Part shown: piece by piece, positions 38,401 through 52,443 of the stretch
Layout of the letters: every line of letters begins with the position of its first letter
Numbering within the stretch: the first letter of the stretch is position 1
Assembly (NCBI GenBank): GCA_964016885.1
Contig: OZ024754.1
Coordinates: forward strand, 43,896,001 to 43,960,000
Length of the DNA stretch: 64,000 bases
Reading direction: 5' to 3'
Source: Eledone cirrhosa
Lineage: Eukaryota
Made by a program: the position numbers and the translations under genes
Notes under the pieces: generated by a model
The model's input: only the letters and a program-made list of their open reading frames with translations
Told to the model about the DNA's origin: nothing
Databases searched by the model: none

Positions 38401-41400
38401 TTAGAGGCAAGTTGGGTGAGGTGACCGTGTCTTGCTCATATAGGGGCGTTTCTGGTTGGTTTTCTAACGCCAACCACCTTGACAGTGTGTGCTGGGTGCT
38501 TTTTGTCATGTCTTTTACACATATAACTTACAACAATAACAAATTTCTTGTTCAGATTCTTATAAAGTCCCCTTGCTGGTATTTCTTGAGAAGCTGATAA
38601 AGGAACTGATATCTGGAGAAGACTGGAGGAAGTTAGAACACTTCTCCAGCAATTCCCTCCTGAAGAGATCTGAAACATAGGTTAGTCATTGACCGAACTG
38701 TAGGGGTTTCTTTACCCTGGAGGGAGGGGATAAACATAGGTTAGTCATTGACCGAACTGTAGGGGTTTCTTTACCCTGGAGGGAGGGGATAAACATAGGT
38801 TAGTCATTGACCGAACTGTAGGGGTTTCTTTACCCTGGAGGGAGGGGATAAACATAGGTTAGTCATTGACCGAACTGTAGGGGTTTCTTTACCCTGGAGG
38901 GAGGGGATAAACATAGGTTAGTCATTGACCGAACTGTAGGGGTTTCTTTACCCTGGAGGGAGGAGGGGATAGAATAGAGTGAGGCAGGAAGGTGATAAGT
39001 GTGATGTCATGGGTAGGAGAGGTTGACAGTATCATTTCAGGTGTAGTGGGGATGTGGGGGATCAAAGAGGTGATGGAGGAGGAGTAGGGGATAGGTAATG
39101 GAGGGGAGTGGGGTGCATGAGAAATGGCAATTCCATGAGTTGCATCCATTGAAATTTCTTTAACCTTTAATTACAGATCTGCTGAGTGAGGGTAAATAAC
39201 AACAACATCACCAACAAAAACATTAGCAGCAGCAAAAATAACAACATCAACAACAACAACAACAACCTTGACTAAAGATATAATGAAAGTATTATTTGAA
39301 AGGCACTTACTGTGAGGCAGAACTTGAGTTTGTGCTGAGATATAGACCACGCCATGTAAGATATGGATGCTGTAAGAAATAGAGTGAAATATCATCACAG
39401 TTTCTACTGATGGCATCTTATACAGTGTCTCATATCATTACAGTTGACATATATCCTTACAGTGTCTCCTATCAAGTGTTAAAGACATAGTTACTTTCAT
39501 TAGAAATATGGTGATGAAAGAGTTAATGACATAGACAGTGTCTTTCATTAGAAATATGTTAATGAAAGAGTTAATGACACAGTGTCTTTCATTAGAAATA
39601 TGGTAATGAAAGAGTTAATGACATAGACAGTGTCTTTCATTAGAAATATGTTAATGAAAGGGTTAATGACATAGACAGTGTCTTTCATTAGAAATATGTT
39701 AATGAAAGAGTTAATGACATAGACAGTGTCTTTCATTAGAAATATGGTAATGAAAGAGTTAATGACATAGACAGTGTCTTTCATTAGAAATATGTTAATG
39801 AAAGGCTTAAAGACATAGACAGTGTCTTTCATTAGAAATATGGTAATGAAAGAGTTAATGACATAGACAGTGTCTTTCATTAGAAATATGTTAATGAAAG
39901 GGTTAATGACATAGACAGTGTCTTTCATTAGAAATATGTTAATGAAAGAGTTAATGACATAGACAGTGTCTTTCATTAGAAATATGGTAATGAAAGAGTT
40001 AATGACATAGACAGTGTCTTTCATTAGAAATATGTTAATGAAAGAGTTAATGACATAGACAGTGTCTTTCATTAGAAATATGTTAATGAAAGGGTTAATG
40101 ACATAGACAGTGTCTTTCATTAGAAATATGTTAATGAAAGGGTTAATGACATAGACAGTGTCTTTCATTAGAAATATGTTAATGAAAGGGTTAATGACAC
40201 AGACAGTGTCTTTCATTAGAAATATGTTAATGAAAGGGTTAATGACATAGACAGTGTCTTTCATTAGAAATATGGTAATGAAAGGGTTAATGACATAGAC
40301 AGTGTCTTTCATGAGAAATATGGTAATGGAAGGGTTAATGACATAGACAGTGTCTTTCATTAGAAATATGTTAATGAAAGGGTTAATGACATAGACAGTG
40401 TCTTTCATGAGAAATATGGTAATGGAAGGGTTAATGACATAGACAGTGTCTTTCATTAGAAATATGTTAATGAAAGGGTTAATGACATAGACAGTGTCTT
40501 TCATGAGAAATATGGTAATGGAAGGGTTAATGACATAGACAGTGTCTTTCATTAGAAATATGTTAATGAAAGGGTTAATGACATAGACAGTGTCTTTCAT
40601 GAGAAATATGGTAATGGAAGGGTTAAAGAGCAAACTGAAGTCTTTACTTACCCAAAACTGCAAATATAAGTGTATTGGTGAAATGTCGATAAAGTGAAAG
40701 TTTCACTATGTTTCTTCGTAGTCGCAGTGTTCTGGTGGTTTGTACAAGGCCAGAGAAAATGTGCCAATGTTAAGAAAAAATATCTTTTCTTCTTTTAGTA
40801 TCTCATAATTTAACACATCATACCATGAGAGGCAAATTATCAACTTATTGTAAAGTTGATGGCAAATTGGCAAATTAACATGTTGCCAATATACCAAAAC
40901 TTTAAGTTATCTATACATGGAGAGGAGAGAGCTACTAGTTAATTACAGGATGAGGAAGTTAGTAGATTGGGTCAGTATCATTGTATTAAAGTGCCATTAT
41001 ATAGGATGGAACTAAAGTTAGAACCATGCTAGGTAGGATACCAATTTCGCAGCATTCACTGCCTTCCTAGTCAGGCTGAGACAGCACAATGAATGTCCAA
41101 GTGTCAATAAGTGGTAGCACTGGTGACACAAAAATACACTCAGTCCAATCTGTCAAGTAGTAGTGCTGGTGTCACAATCAAATACACCAAGCCAACATTG
41201 TAAAATGGTTGAGTTGGTGTCATGATAAAATACACCCAAACCACTCTATTAAGTGGTAGTGGTAGTGTCATGATAAAACACACAAGGTTAATTCTGTGAA
41301 ATGGGTGGTTTTACAAAGAAAGGCCTCCAGACATAGAAATCATGCTCCCAATACACTCTGTAAAGTGATTAGCATTAGGAAAGGCAACCAGCCAAAGAAG

Positions 41401-44400
41401 CCATACTCCTAATACACTCTGTAAAGTAGTTGGTGTTAGGAAGGGCATCCAGCCATAAAAACCATGCCAAAACTTAACATATGAGCAAGGCATAGTCACC
41501 TGTTTTGACTAACCTCAGTACTTGACAACCTATCAAACTCATGCAAGCATGGACAAGAGATATTAAACAATGATGATGACGATGATGATATTTCATGCTT
41601 TAAAGTAAATCAACAAAACAAAAGAGATTTCCAAATTAGTTTGCTTCTGATAAAGGATATCCACCAGCAAATAGCAGCATCAACAACAGCTAAAGGAACA
41701 TTGGCTAACATCAGTTCTTTTGACTGGTCACTTTTGGACTGTGATGGCAAAAATAGGAAGCAAAAATACGAAAGATAATTTTTTTAAAATTTGAAGTGTA
41801 CATATAACTAGAAAAGTACCCGGTCTTGCCCAGGAAATAATTGTTTCTACTTTAGGCACAAGGCCAGCAATTACCCAGTGCATTACTGGTACTTTATTTT
41901 ATCGACCCCGTAAGGATGAAAGGCAAAGTCAACCTCGGGGGGATTTGAACTCAGACCGTAAAGGGACGTAACTCTGGTGGAAAGCATGGCGTCCGACTCT
42001 CTACCGATACTGCCAATCCACCGAGGAAATAATGCAGTGAATATAGTTTATATAGCGTCATTTAGAGCATATGATGTGTGGTTACATGTGTGCATCTATG
42101 TATGCATGTGTGTATGTATATATATATATAACTATATATATATAGTGGAGGCACATGGCTTAGTGGTTAGAGCATTGGCCTTGCAATCGAAAGGTTGTGA
42201 GTTCAATTCTCAGACCGGGTGATGTGTTGTTTCCTTGAGCAAGACACTTTATTTCACATTGCTCCAGTTTACTCAGCTGTAGAAATGAGATGATAGGGAC
42301 TGGGGTTCATATCATTCCACTGCAAAGTGGTCGTGGAGGTGCCACAGCAAAAAAGCACCCACCACTCACTGTAAATGAGGTTGGTGTTAGGAAGGGTATC
42401 CAGCTGTAGAAATCAAGCCAGAATCAGTTCCCATCCCACCCTTGCAAGCAGGGAAAAGCGGACGTAAAATGATGATGATATATAACTAGACACCACATGT
42501 GTACAGTTACATGGATTTATATGCAACTAGATAGCTATCCGTTATTGCCCAGGAAATAATACAATGAATAGAGTTTATATAGTGTCATACAGATCAATAT
42601 ATAGAATATGAACATCAATAAATTAAGATTTATTTTGCTGCCTTTATGTCACCAAATACCCACAAGATATTTTGTCTGACAATCAATTCTACTGTCCACC
42701 TACAATATATATATTTTCTCCTCATTCTTTAATTAATTTTCAAAACAATTTTGAATGTAAATAACTCACCTTTAAAGCTCTTAAGCAACTTTCAATAGAT
42801 GCCAAAATGAAATACAGCATACCAACACAGAGAACTTTATGGAAGGTGAGTCCAAGTCGAGGTCTAAAGGTAGAAACAAAATGAGAAATAAACAATCCTT
42901 ATAAAAATAAATGATTGCTTATGTCAAGTTAAGTTCATTGGATAGAGAATAGAAAAACAGGGCAACAAATTTCAGAGGGATGCATACATGTTACGAGTTC
43001 TCTCGTCTGTGGCACTGGAATGCCTACATGTTAAGACGAGTTATCTCGTCTGTGGCACTGGAATGCCTACATGTTAAGACGAGTTATCTCGTCTGTGGCA
43101 CTGGAATGCCTACATGTTAAGACGAGTTATCTCGTCTGTGGCACTGAAGAGGTTAATATCAAAAATAAAACATGAACAATATGATCTGCTAGAAAGAAAT
43201 ACAGAGTACTTACTTGACAATACCAAAGCCAAGACTAACAATAACCACTAACATACGAGCCAACATCCGCTTGAAACATGAAACCAACTCAGCAAAAATC
43301 ACTGCTCCTCGAACTGTAAATGAAACACATTGGAAATATACTTCAGTGAATTTTCAGTTTTGCTTTACAGCATTCTCTCTCTCTCTCTCTCTCTCTTACT
43401 GTTTAGTTGTCTCTCTCACTCTCTCTCTTTCAGGATTTAGTTGTCATTCCTCTCTCTCCTTCTCTGGAAGAAATTGGTTACATTCAAAACTGGAATCCAT
43501 TTGTTACTAGGTTTGCTATACCAGTGCTAACTTGGGATTAAACACCAACTCTATATAACATTCGCTCTGATTGATCGACAACATCTCAGACCTCATTCGT
43601 TAGCCAACTGGGGTGGACCTCGTCAAATCAGACCAAGGAAACAATGTTTCCATTGGTTTTTCCATTGCTGATACTATTATACTGGTCGCAACTCCTTGGC
43701 AGAAGGAGCAACGTGAAATAAAATGTTTTGCTCAAGGACAGAACACATCGCCCGGTCCAAGAATTAAACTTGTAACCTCATGATTGAGAATCCAACACTC
43801 TAACCACTAAGCCATGCATCTTCACCCCATATAACATAATAGAAAGAATAAGAAAATAGCAGCTCACCAGATACTCCAGTGCTGCTAATACTCTGGTACT
43901 CTGCATAGAAAACTGCCTTCTCAAGCATTCCTGAATTTTGAAAGGGTAAAAAGAAAAATATTATTACTATTATTGTTGTTGTTATCATTATTGCTATTAT
44001 TATTATTAAAACTGAGGGTCACACATAGTTCAAAACTGTGGCTCAGGGGAATATCACAGCTCAAAACTGTGGCTCAAAGCTGTGATTCGAGAAGGAGTAG
44101 GGGGTCACATATAGTTCAAAACTGTGGCTCAGGAGGATATCATAGCTCAAAGCTGTGGCTCAGGGGGGAATATCACAGCTTAAAACTGTGGTTCAGGGGG
44201 ATATCACAGTTCAAAACCTTAAATATTTACCTAGTAAAATAACAGCTCCAATCCAGAATTGTATACGAAGCAAGTCCCTCCAGTTGCAGGCCAACAGAAG
44301 TAACCATACTATACCATAGAAGATATATAGCAGCCCCATGATGCCAAAGAACTGAAATGATAGACGATTAAAACATTGAAATTACTGAATGAAAGCTCTA

Positions 44401-47400
44401 ATAACTATAGACTACAGGTCAAATTGAGAGGTCATAAAAGAGCTTATAACAAGAACAATGTGGAATTTTATAAATTTAAAAAACAAGGAAACTTACCAAC
44501 AAAAGGGGCCACTCATTTGCGGATAAATATCCATGTTTCCCCATCATTCGGATTGTAACTGGAAATATAACATAACCTGGTCAATATCTCTACATTTGGC
44601 TATCTGCCCTGATAACATTATATTAATTCTTAACATCCTGTACCACATGAAACCACTTTAGCAAGATATTTTCGAAAAGTATAAAACAAGACTACGACTG
44701 CATTATATTAAAAATTAAAGTCTTTACTTAAGTTAATTTACATAGCATTACAACATCTGTCCACTAGTAAAGATACTATAAACATTTGAATTAACAACCT
44801 TGTTTTTAGATATTTTCTCCTAAATCATTACAGGATGTTAAGAATTAAACTGATGATGTTGATGAAAATATAATTTTAAAAATATTAATATACAATATTT
44901 AACCCTTTACCATTTACATTACTCTATATTTACTATTGTATTTTCATGGTAAAGGCTTTATTTCATATACTATCGAATCTATGAGATGTTGATATTATTT
45001 ATTTTGAGAACAGTACCTTAACATCAGTATGAGTGGCCAGTTACAGCCAGTTTAAACAGAAAGAGGTGAGAAAAATCTGGCCGGATTTGGCTGGTTTAAA
45101 TGCTAAAGGATTAAAGTTTAGGAATAAATAAAACGTAATAAAGAGGAAGAAAAGTTATTTAAGACATACTGTCGGCTGTGAATGGTTTGTTGTAAGAATC
45201 GATGTCTAAGAAGAAAGCATACGGTCCATCATGCCAAGTCGATGCCACAAAAGAATGCTTTTCTTTCTGAAATATATAAACAAAACAAAACAAAACAGAA
45301 TTATACCATCAGCTTCATAACCTAACAGGTAGGAGACCCAAGGGTAGACCCTGAGCAAGATGGTTGGATAACATCCATGAGCTGGGCTGGTCACGCTTAG
45401 GAACCCAGCCAGATCAGTTGAAGATGGTTGCTTCTGACAGGACTCGCTTGAAGGAGTGTTTGAGGACTCTGCCTCCATGACCCACTCAGGAATAAGTCGG
45501 TGAAGAAGCAGCAGCTTCATAATCCTGGTTGGTTTCGCTTAAGGATCCAGTCAGATCATTTGGAGAAGGTTGCTTCTGATAGGACTTTCTGGAAAGCATA
45601 TCTGAGGAATCTGGTCCCACAATACTCTTAAAAAATAACTAGCTCCATTAATTATATGTAATTGCAGACAAAAATATTTTATTTTAATACTCATGTTTCT
45701 GAATTTAGCAAACATCACACTATTGATGAAGGTTTACATGTGGAGTTACACCTGTTTAATACCTACATGTAGAGCTAAATAACAGTTACACCTGTTTAAT
45801 ACCTACATGTGATGTTAAATAACAACAGTAACACCTGTTTAATACTCACCTCTCTCATTGCACCTGTAGCATCTGTGCTGTTCGTTAACCTTTTTTTCAC
45901 GGATCGTCTAGCTCGTTCAGATTTTAATAACTCCATTAAACTTCCCGTTACATTCTAATTAGAAAAGAAAAAAACATGACATCATCATCATCTACTGTCC
46001 ACTTCCCTGCTAAATTTCAAACACATCACCATCATCATCATCTACTGTCTACTTTCTCTGCTAAATTTCAAGTAAACTTGTATAGTGAAAAGAAACCACA
46101 GAAAGATATCAAGTTTGGGATAACTTGAAACAATAACTTTATCTATGATATTATCATTACCATTTAATGTGATGCTTGCATGGGTTAACTCTTTAGCATT
46201 TAAACCGGCCATATCCTGCCAGGATTCTCTCACCTCTTTCTCTTCAAACTGGTTGTAGCTGGCCACTGATACTAATGTTAAGGTATTGTTCTCAAAATAA
46301 ATAATATCAAAATCTCATAGATTCAATGTTATGTGAGATATTATGTGAGGTAAAGCCTTTAGCATGAAAATATAATAGTATATATAGAGTAATGTAAATG
46401 GTAAACGGTTAAACAAACTGTCACAGTTTGATATTATCACCATTAAATGTCATGTTAGCATGGGTTAAACAATCTGTCGCACTAGGATATTAATACAGGT
46501 AAAATTCCATTATAATTAAATTTTCTTTAATCCCTGAGGTAATAACAAACTCTTCATTTGTTTCAGTCAATCTCATTATAAAGAATTTTTCATTACAACA
46601 AATTTTTTTTTATACCCCATGAATTAATTTCATCATAACAGAATTTCACTGTATCACCATTTGGTGTCATGCTTGCATGGATTAAACAACCTGTCATGCT
46701 ATGAGGCTAACAATGTCAGGTGACTACATATTGCTTTGATATATACTTATAAAAATACATGTTACCGTATATGGAAGGTTGATGAATGTGGAGAAATAGA
46801 AGAGAGGCTACTGCCAGACGGAACAGCTATTGAAACAGACAACTGTAGGGTGAAAGAAGCAACCAGGGAGGTTACTCAACAGATGGAACAGCTATTGAAA
46901 CGGACAGCTGTAGGGTGAAAGAAGCAACCAGGGAGGTTACTCAACAGATGGAACAGCTATTGAAACAGACATCTGTAGGGTAAAAGAAGCAACCAAGGAG
47001 GTTACTCAACAGATGGAACAGCTATTGAAACGGACAGCTGTAGGGTGAAAGAAGCAACCAAGGAGGTTACTCAACAGATGGAACAGCTATTGAAACGGAC
47101 AGCTGTAGGATGAAAGAAGCAACCAGGGAGGTTACTCAACAGATGGAACAGCTATTGAAACAGACAGCTGTAGGGTGAAAGAAGCAACCAGGGAGGCTAC
47201 TGCCAGACGGAACAGCTATTGAAACAGACATCTGTAGGGTGAAAGAAGCAACCAGGGAGGTTACTCAACAGATGGAACAGCTATTGAAACAGACATCTGT
47301 AGGGTGAAAGAAGCAACCAGGGAGGTTACTCAACAGATGGAACAGCTATTGAAACAGACATCTGTAGGGTGAAAGAAGCAACCAGGGAGGTTACTCAACA

Positions 47401-50400
47401 GATGGAACAGCTATTGAAACAGACATCTGTAGGGTGAAAGAAGCAACCAGGGAGGTTACTCAACAGATGGAACAGCTATTGAAACAGACATCTGTAGGGT
47501 GAAAGAAGCAACCAGGGAGGTTACTCAACAGATGGAACAGCTATTGAAACAGACATCTGTAGGGTGAAAGAAGCAACCAGGGAGGTTATTCAACAGATGG
47601 AACAGCTATTGAAACAGACATCTGTAGGGTGAAAGAAGCAACCAGGGAGGTTACTCAACAGATGGAACAGCTATTGAAACAGACATCTGTAGGGTGAAAG
47701 AAGCAACCAGGGAGGTTACTCAACAGATGGAACAGCTATTGAAACAGACAACTGTAGGGTGAAAGAAGCAACCAGGGAGGTTACTCAACAGATGGAACAG
47801 CTATTGAAACAGACATCTGTAGGGTGAAAGAAGCAACCAGGGAGGTTACTCAACAGATGGAACAGCTATTGAAACAGACAACTGTAGGGTGAAAGAAGCA
47901 ACCAGGGAGGTTACTCAACAGATGGAACAGCTATTGAAACAGACATCTGTAGGGTGAAAGAAGCAACCAGGGAGGTTACTCAACAGATGGAACAGCTATT
48001 GAAACAGACATCTGTAGGGTGAAAGAAGCAACCAAGGAGGTTACTCAACAGATGGAACAGCTATTGAAACAGACATCTGTAGGATGAAAGAAGCAACCAA
48101 GGAGGTTACTCAACAGATGGAACAGCTATTGAAACAGACAACTGTAGGGTGAAAGAAGCAACCAAGGAGGTTACTCAACAGATGGAACAGCTATTGAAAC
48201 AGACATCTGTAGGATGAAAGAAGCAACCAGGGAGGTTACTCAACAGATGGAACAGCTATTGAAACAGACATCTGTAGGGTGAAAGAAGCAACCAGGGAGG
48301 TTACTCAACAGATGGAACAGCTATTGAAACAGACATCTGTAGGGTGAAAGAAGCAACCAGGGAGGTTACTCAACAGATGGAACAGCTATTGAAACAGACA
48401 TCTGTAGGGTGAAAGAAGCAACCAGGGAGATTACTCAACAGATGGAACAGCTATTGAAACAGACATCTGTAGGGTGAAAGAAGCAACCAGGGAGATTACT
48501 CAACAGATGGAACAGCTATTGAAACAGACATCTGTAGGGTGAAAGAAGCAACCAGGGAGATTACTCAACAGATGGAACAGCTATTGAAACAGACATCTGT
48601 AGGGTGAAAGAAGCAACCAGGGAGATTACTCAACAGATGGAACAGCTATTGAAACAGACAACTGTAGGGTGAAAGAAGCAAGCGGAGCAAGGACATGACA
48701 GGGTGGTTTCAGGTAGTTTGGTAATGAAAAGGTTAAATATAAATATAAGTTTGTATGGTCCCGTAACTCCTGATAGAGTCATAGGTAATGTATCAGTACG
48801 GCGTCCCTACAACTCCACAGTTAAGGGAACCATGTTTATCCATCATCACAACATAACATAGATATCATTTAACAAATTGTCAAATCTTACCTCCTTACTA
48901 ATGTCTGATACTTCATAATCAACAGTGTTCCATTTCTGAAAAAAAAACAAGCAAAACATTGGAATGAAGAGGTAGCCATATTTTTATAGATATACATCTA
49001 TACCAAATAAAGGCTAAAAGAACCCTACAATCATGTTAAGGACATGACCCCTTCCCTAGTGTTGGTGACCTACATGATAAACGTACCCACTATACTCTGC
49101 AAAGTGGTTGGTGATAGAAAGCTTACCAAATAAAGGGTTGGGAGGACCCGTCAGTTGTGTCAAAGACATGACAACCTCTCCTGTGCAGTCACTAGAATGT
49201 GGGACCATACATAAGTGAGACACAGGTCCCTGGCCTGTCTGGGAGATCAGTGGCCTCCACTTCAGTACTGACTTCGTCTATGTAGACCTGTCCAACCTTT
49301 GCTAGCAGGAAAAGCAGATGTTAAAACAATGAAGCTAATATATATAACAGGTTTACAGCTATCTGAATCAACTAAACTATAAATTTTATATTAATGAGCC
49401 AATGAGGAAGGAGTGGTTTCAGGTAGTTTAATAAAGAAAGGGTTAAATATAAACACTTTAAAACATGTAGTTTCCTTATCATAGAACATGGGGTGGTTTC
49501 AGGTAGTTTGGTAATGTAAGGGTTAAATATAAATATGTATGTATGGTCCCATAACTCCTGATAGAGTCGCAGGAGCGCCGTATTGACATATGGCATTTCT
49601 TTGGTATTTTAAGCCTAGCAGAACCCCTCCCTCTCCAGGCCTAAGTACAGCAGATGTCTTCCAGAGAAAGATAGAAAGTGAGAGTGAGGAAATGAAAAAG
49701 AGATATAGAGGAGGAATCAACCCCAGTATTAGACTGGTACTTTTTTTTATCAACTTCAAAAGGATGAAAGGCAAAGTTGACCTCAGCTGGATTTGACCTC
49801 AGAGAGCAAGAACGAATACCATAAATCATTCTATCCGATGTTCTAACAACTCTGCCAATTCGCTGCCTATAAATATAAATATAAACACTTTAAAACATGT
49901 AGTTTTCTTATCATAGAACCAGGTGTGGTTTCAGGTAGTTTGGGAATGAAAAGGTTATTTAAATAAACTTAATTCTTACAGGCAAAAACATCAGACTTTG
50001 GCATTTCACGTCAGCTTTGTTGTAAGACACTTCAATCTTAGACTGACTGATACCAGCATTGAGAGAGTAGAACAGATAATCCCCTTGACCCTGAAAGAAA
50101 ACAAATAATTAGAAATAACAATTTGATGTTCTAGTATAATTTATTCATGACTAAAGGATAGTTAAATATATATTCTTATTTAACAATATCTATTCTAGAT
50201 CACAATATACAGTAGAAGATTTAACTCTAGTATTTACATTATTCTATATTTACTATATTTGCACAGTAAAGGCTTTACCTCACATAATATCGAATCTATG
50301 AGATTTTGATGATATTTATTTTGAGAAAAATACCTTAACATCAGTATGAGCAGCCAGTCACAGCCAGTTTGAGCAGGAAGAGGTGAGAGAATTTTGGTTG

Positions 50401-52359
50401 GATATGGTCAGTTTAAATGGTAAAGGATTAAGATAAATTTAATTAGAACCTTTAACTGAAAAGACCTACATAGCATTGCTGTAGAAAGATTCCTTTGTAG
50501 CCAGAATCCCAGGAGTTCATATTTTTTTGACAAAGAGACAAAAATCTCTGAAATGCATAAAATAATACAAAAACAAGGCCGAGGAATTACTAGATTATCC
50601 CTAATTAAGACATATATACCATTGCTATAGTAAGATTACTCTGTAGCCAGAATCTTAGGAGTCAATATTTTTTGATGAGGAGACCAAAATCCAGCTCCTG
50701 CAATGCCAGCTTCAACGTTCAGTAATCAGAAGGGAGGAGGTGTAAAAGCCTAACTTGCTATCTTCAATTAAGTATTCGTGCCAACCCTTACCTATGGTAA
50801 TCTTGGGTAATGACTGAAAGAATACGATCGCGAATACAAACAGCTGGAGGAGTGTTTGAGGACTCTTCCCCCATGACTGGAAGATGAGGAGACCAAAATT
50901 TCCGAAATGCATGAAACAAAACAAAAAATAAAATGCAAGCCTAGGAATTACTCACCAGATTATCTCCAATTAAAGCAAGTTCATTAGCACAGGGAAAATA
51001 CTGCAAAACCCAGTAAATGGTAAGTTTGACATCCTCATTGGTCCCTGGCTGACAGGAAACTGGGAGAATAAAAGGGACACAAGACAAATTAAATATCAGT
51101 TTTACATTAAAAATGATACGATTCAGTTAAATGTTTTGACAAAACAAAACTACTCATGTGCTGTTACCGTTGTCCCCCGGGAATCAATTTCTTTCTTTTA
51201 AGACATTCATGGTGATTCAAGTAAGATTTAGCTGCTATTTTTAGCAGGCCCAGTGATCACATATAAAATAAATCTCAGTAACACATTAATGAGAAAACAG
51301 CTCATTAAACAAGTAAATAATGTATTAATTACATTTCCTTGTTGATGGATCACAAGTTAAGATTAACAGTATTTTGTTATAATTTGTTCAGTGTAGAAAT
51401 GGACTGGGTTAGTGTGTAAAGTAAAGACCAACACAGTAGGTTAGTGTGTAAAGTAAAGACCAACACAGTAGATTAGTGTGTAAAGTAAAGACCATCACTT
51501 ACTTTTGACATATATTTTAGTTTGGTTGTATGTTGTCTTTACAAATGAGAATTTTGAATTGCTCTGCAAAAGAAAAGAACAATTGATATAGTTTTAACAG
51601 AATACCATACCATGGTGGAGACATTTAAACAGTAATTAGTAAACAGCTTTTATATAACACAGGTGTCTTAACCCTTTACCATTCACATTATATAAACTAT
51701 TATATGTTCATGCTAAACACTTTATTTCACATAATTATCTCACATAATATCGAATTCTTGAGCTTTTGATATTATTTATTTTGAGAACAATACCCTAACA
51801 TCAGCATGAGTGGCCAGTTATGGCTGATTTGAACAGAAAGAGGTGAGAGAATTCTGGTCGGATATGGCCAGTTTAAATATATTTTTTTTCAGGTAGCATA
51901 TGTTAAAATACCTTCTTAATTCTCAAAATCCTATATCATTCACCAAAATTTCCAATCACCCACCATTTTCGTCTACTTCTACCCATACCACTACTACCAC
52001 CACCACCACTACTAATACCACCACTATTGCTACTACTACTAATACCACCACCACCACGATATACAAGTTCATACTAGATTGTATATACAGGTTCGTAGTA
52101 GATTATACATAAATGTCCTACTAGATAAGTGGTAGTAGATTTAGAAGTGTATTAGTTATGGTTCTGCAATATTGTTAACAAGTTTTGACAGTGGTCAGAT
52201 ATGTAGTTGTTATTTCAATGTCCTGATTAGGTCATCGCTTCAAAACCAGTGGTCAGAGATCAACTTTTCCTTTCATCCTTCCAAGGTTGATAAAATAAAA
52301 TACCAGTTATCTACTGATATCAATATAAATGACTTTTCCCTTCCCACAAATTGCTGGCC

Positions 52360-52443
<84 letters not shown>

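Noticed and set aside
38556-38680. Exon-like segment on the + strand inside a TMEM87 intron
   Set aside because: Stops in all frames before the donor, no recognisable protein and no partner exons.
39548-40663. 371-aa ORF
   Set aside because: Satellite translation.
42147-42220. tRNA gene
   Set aside because: A and B boxes are present, but there is no complete cloverleaf and it continues into a SINE body.
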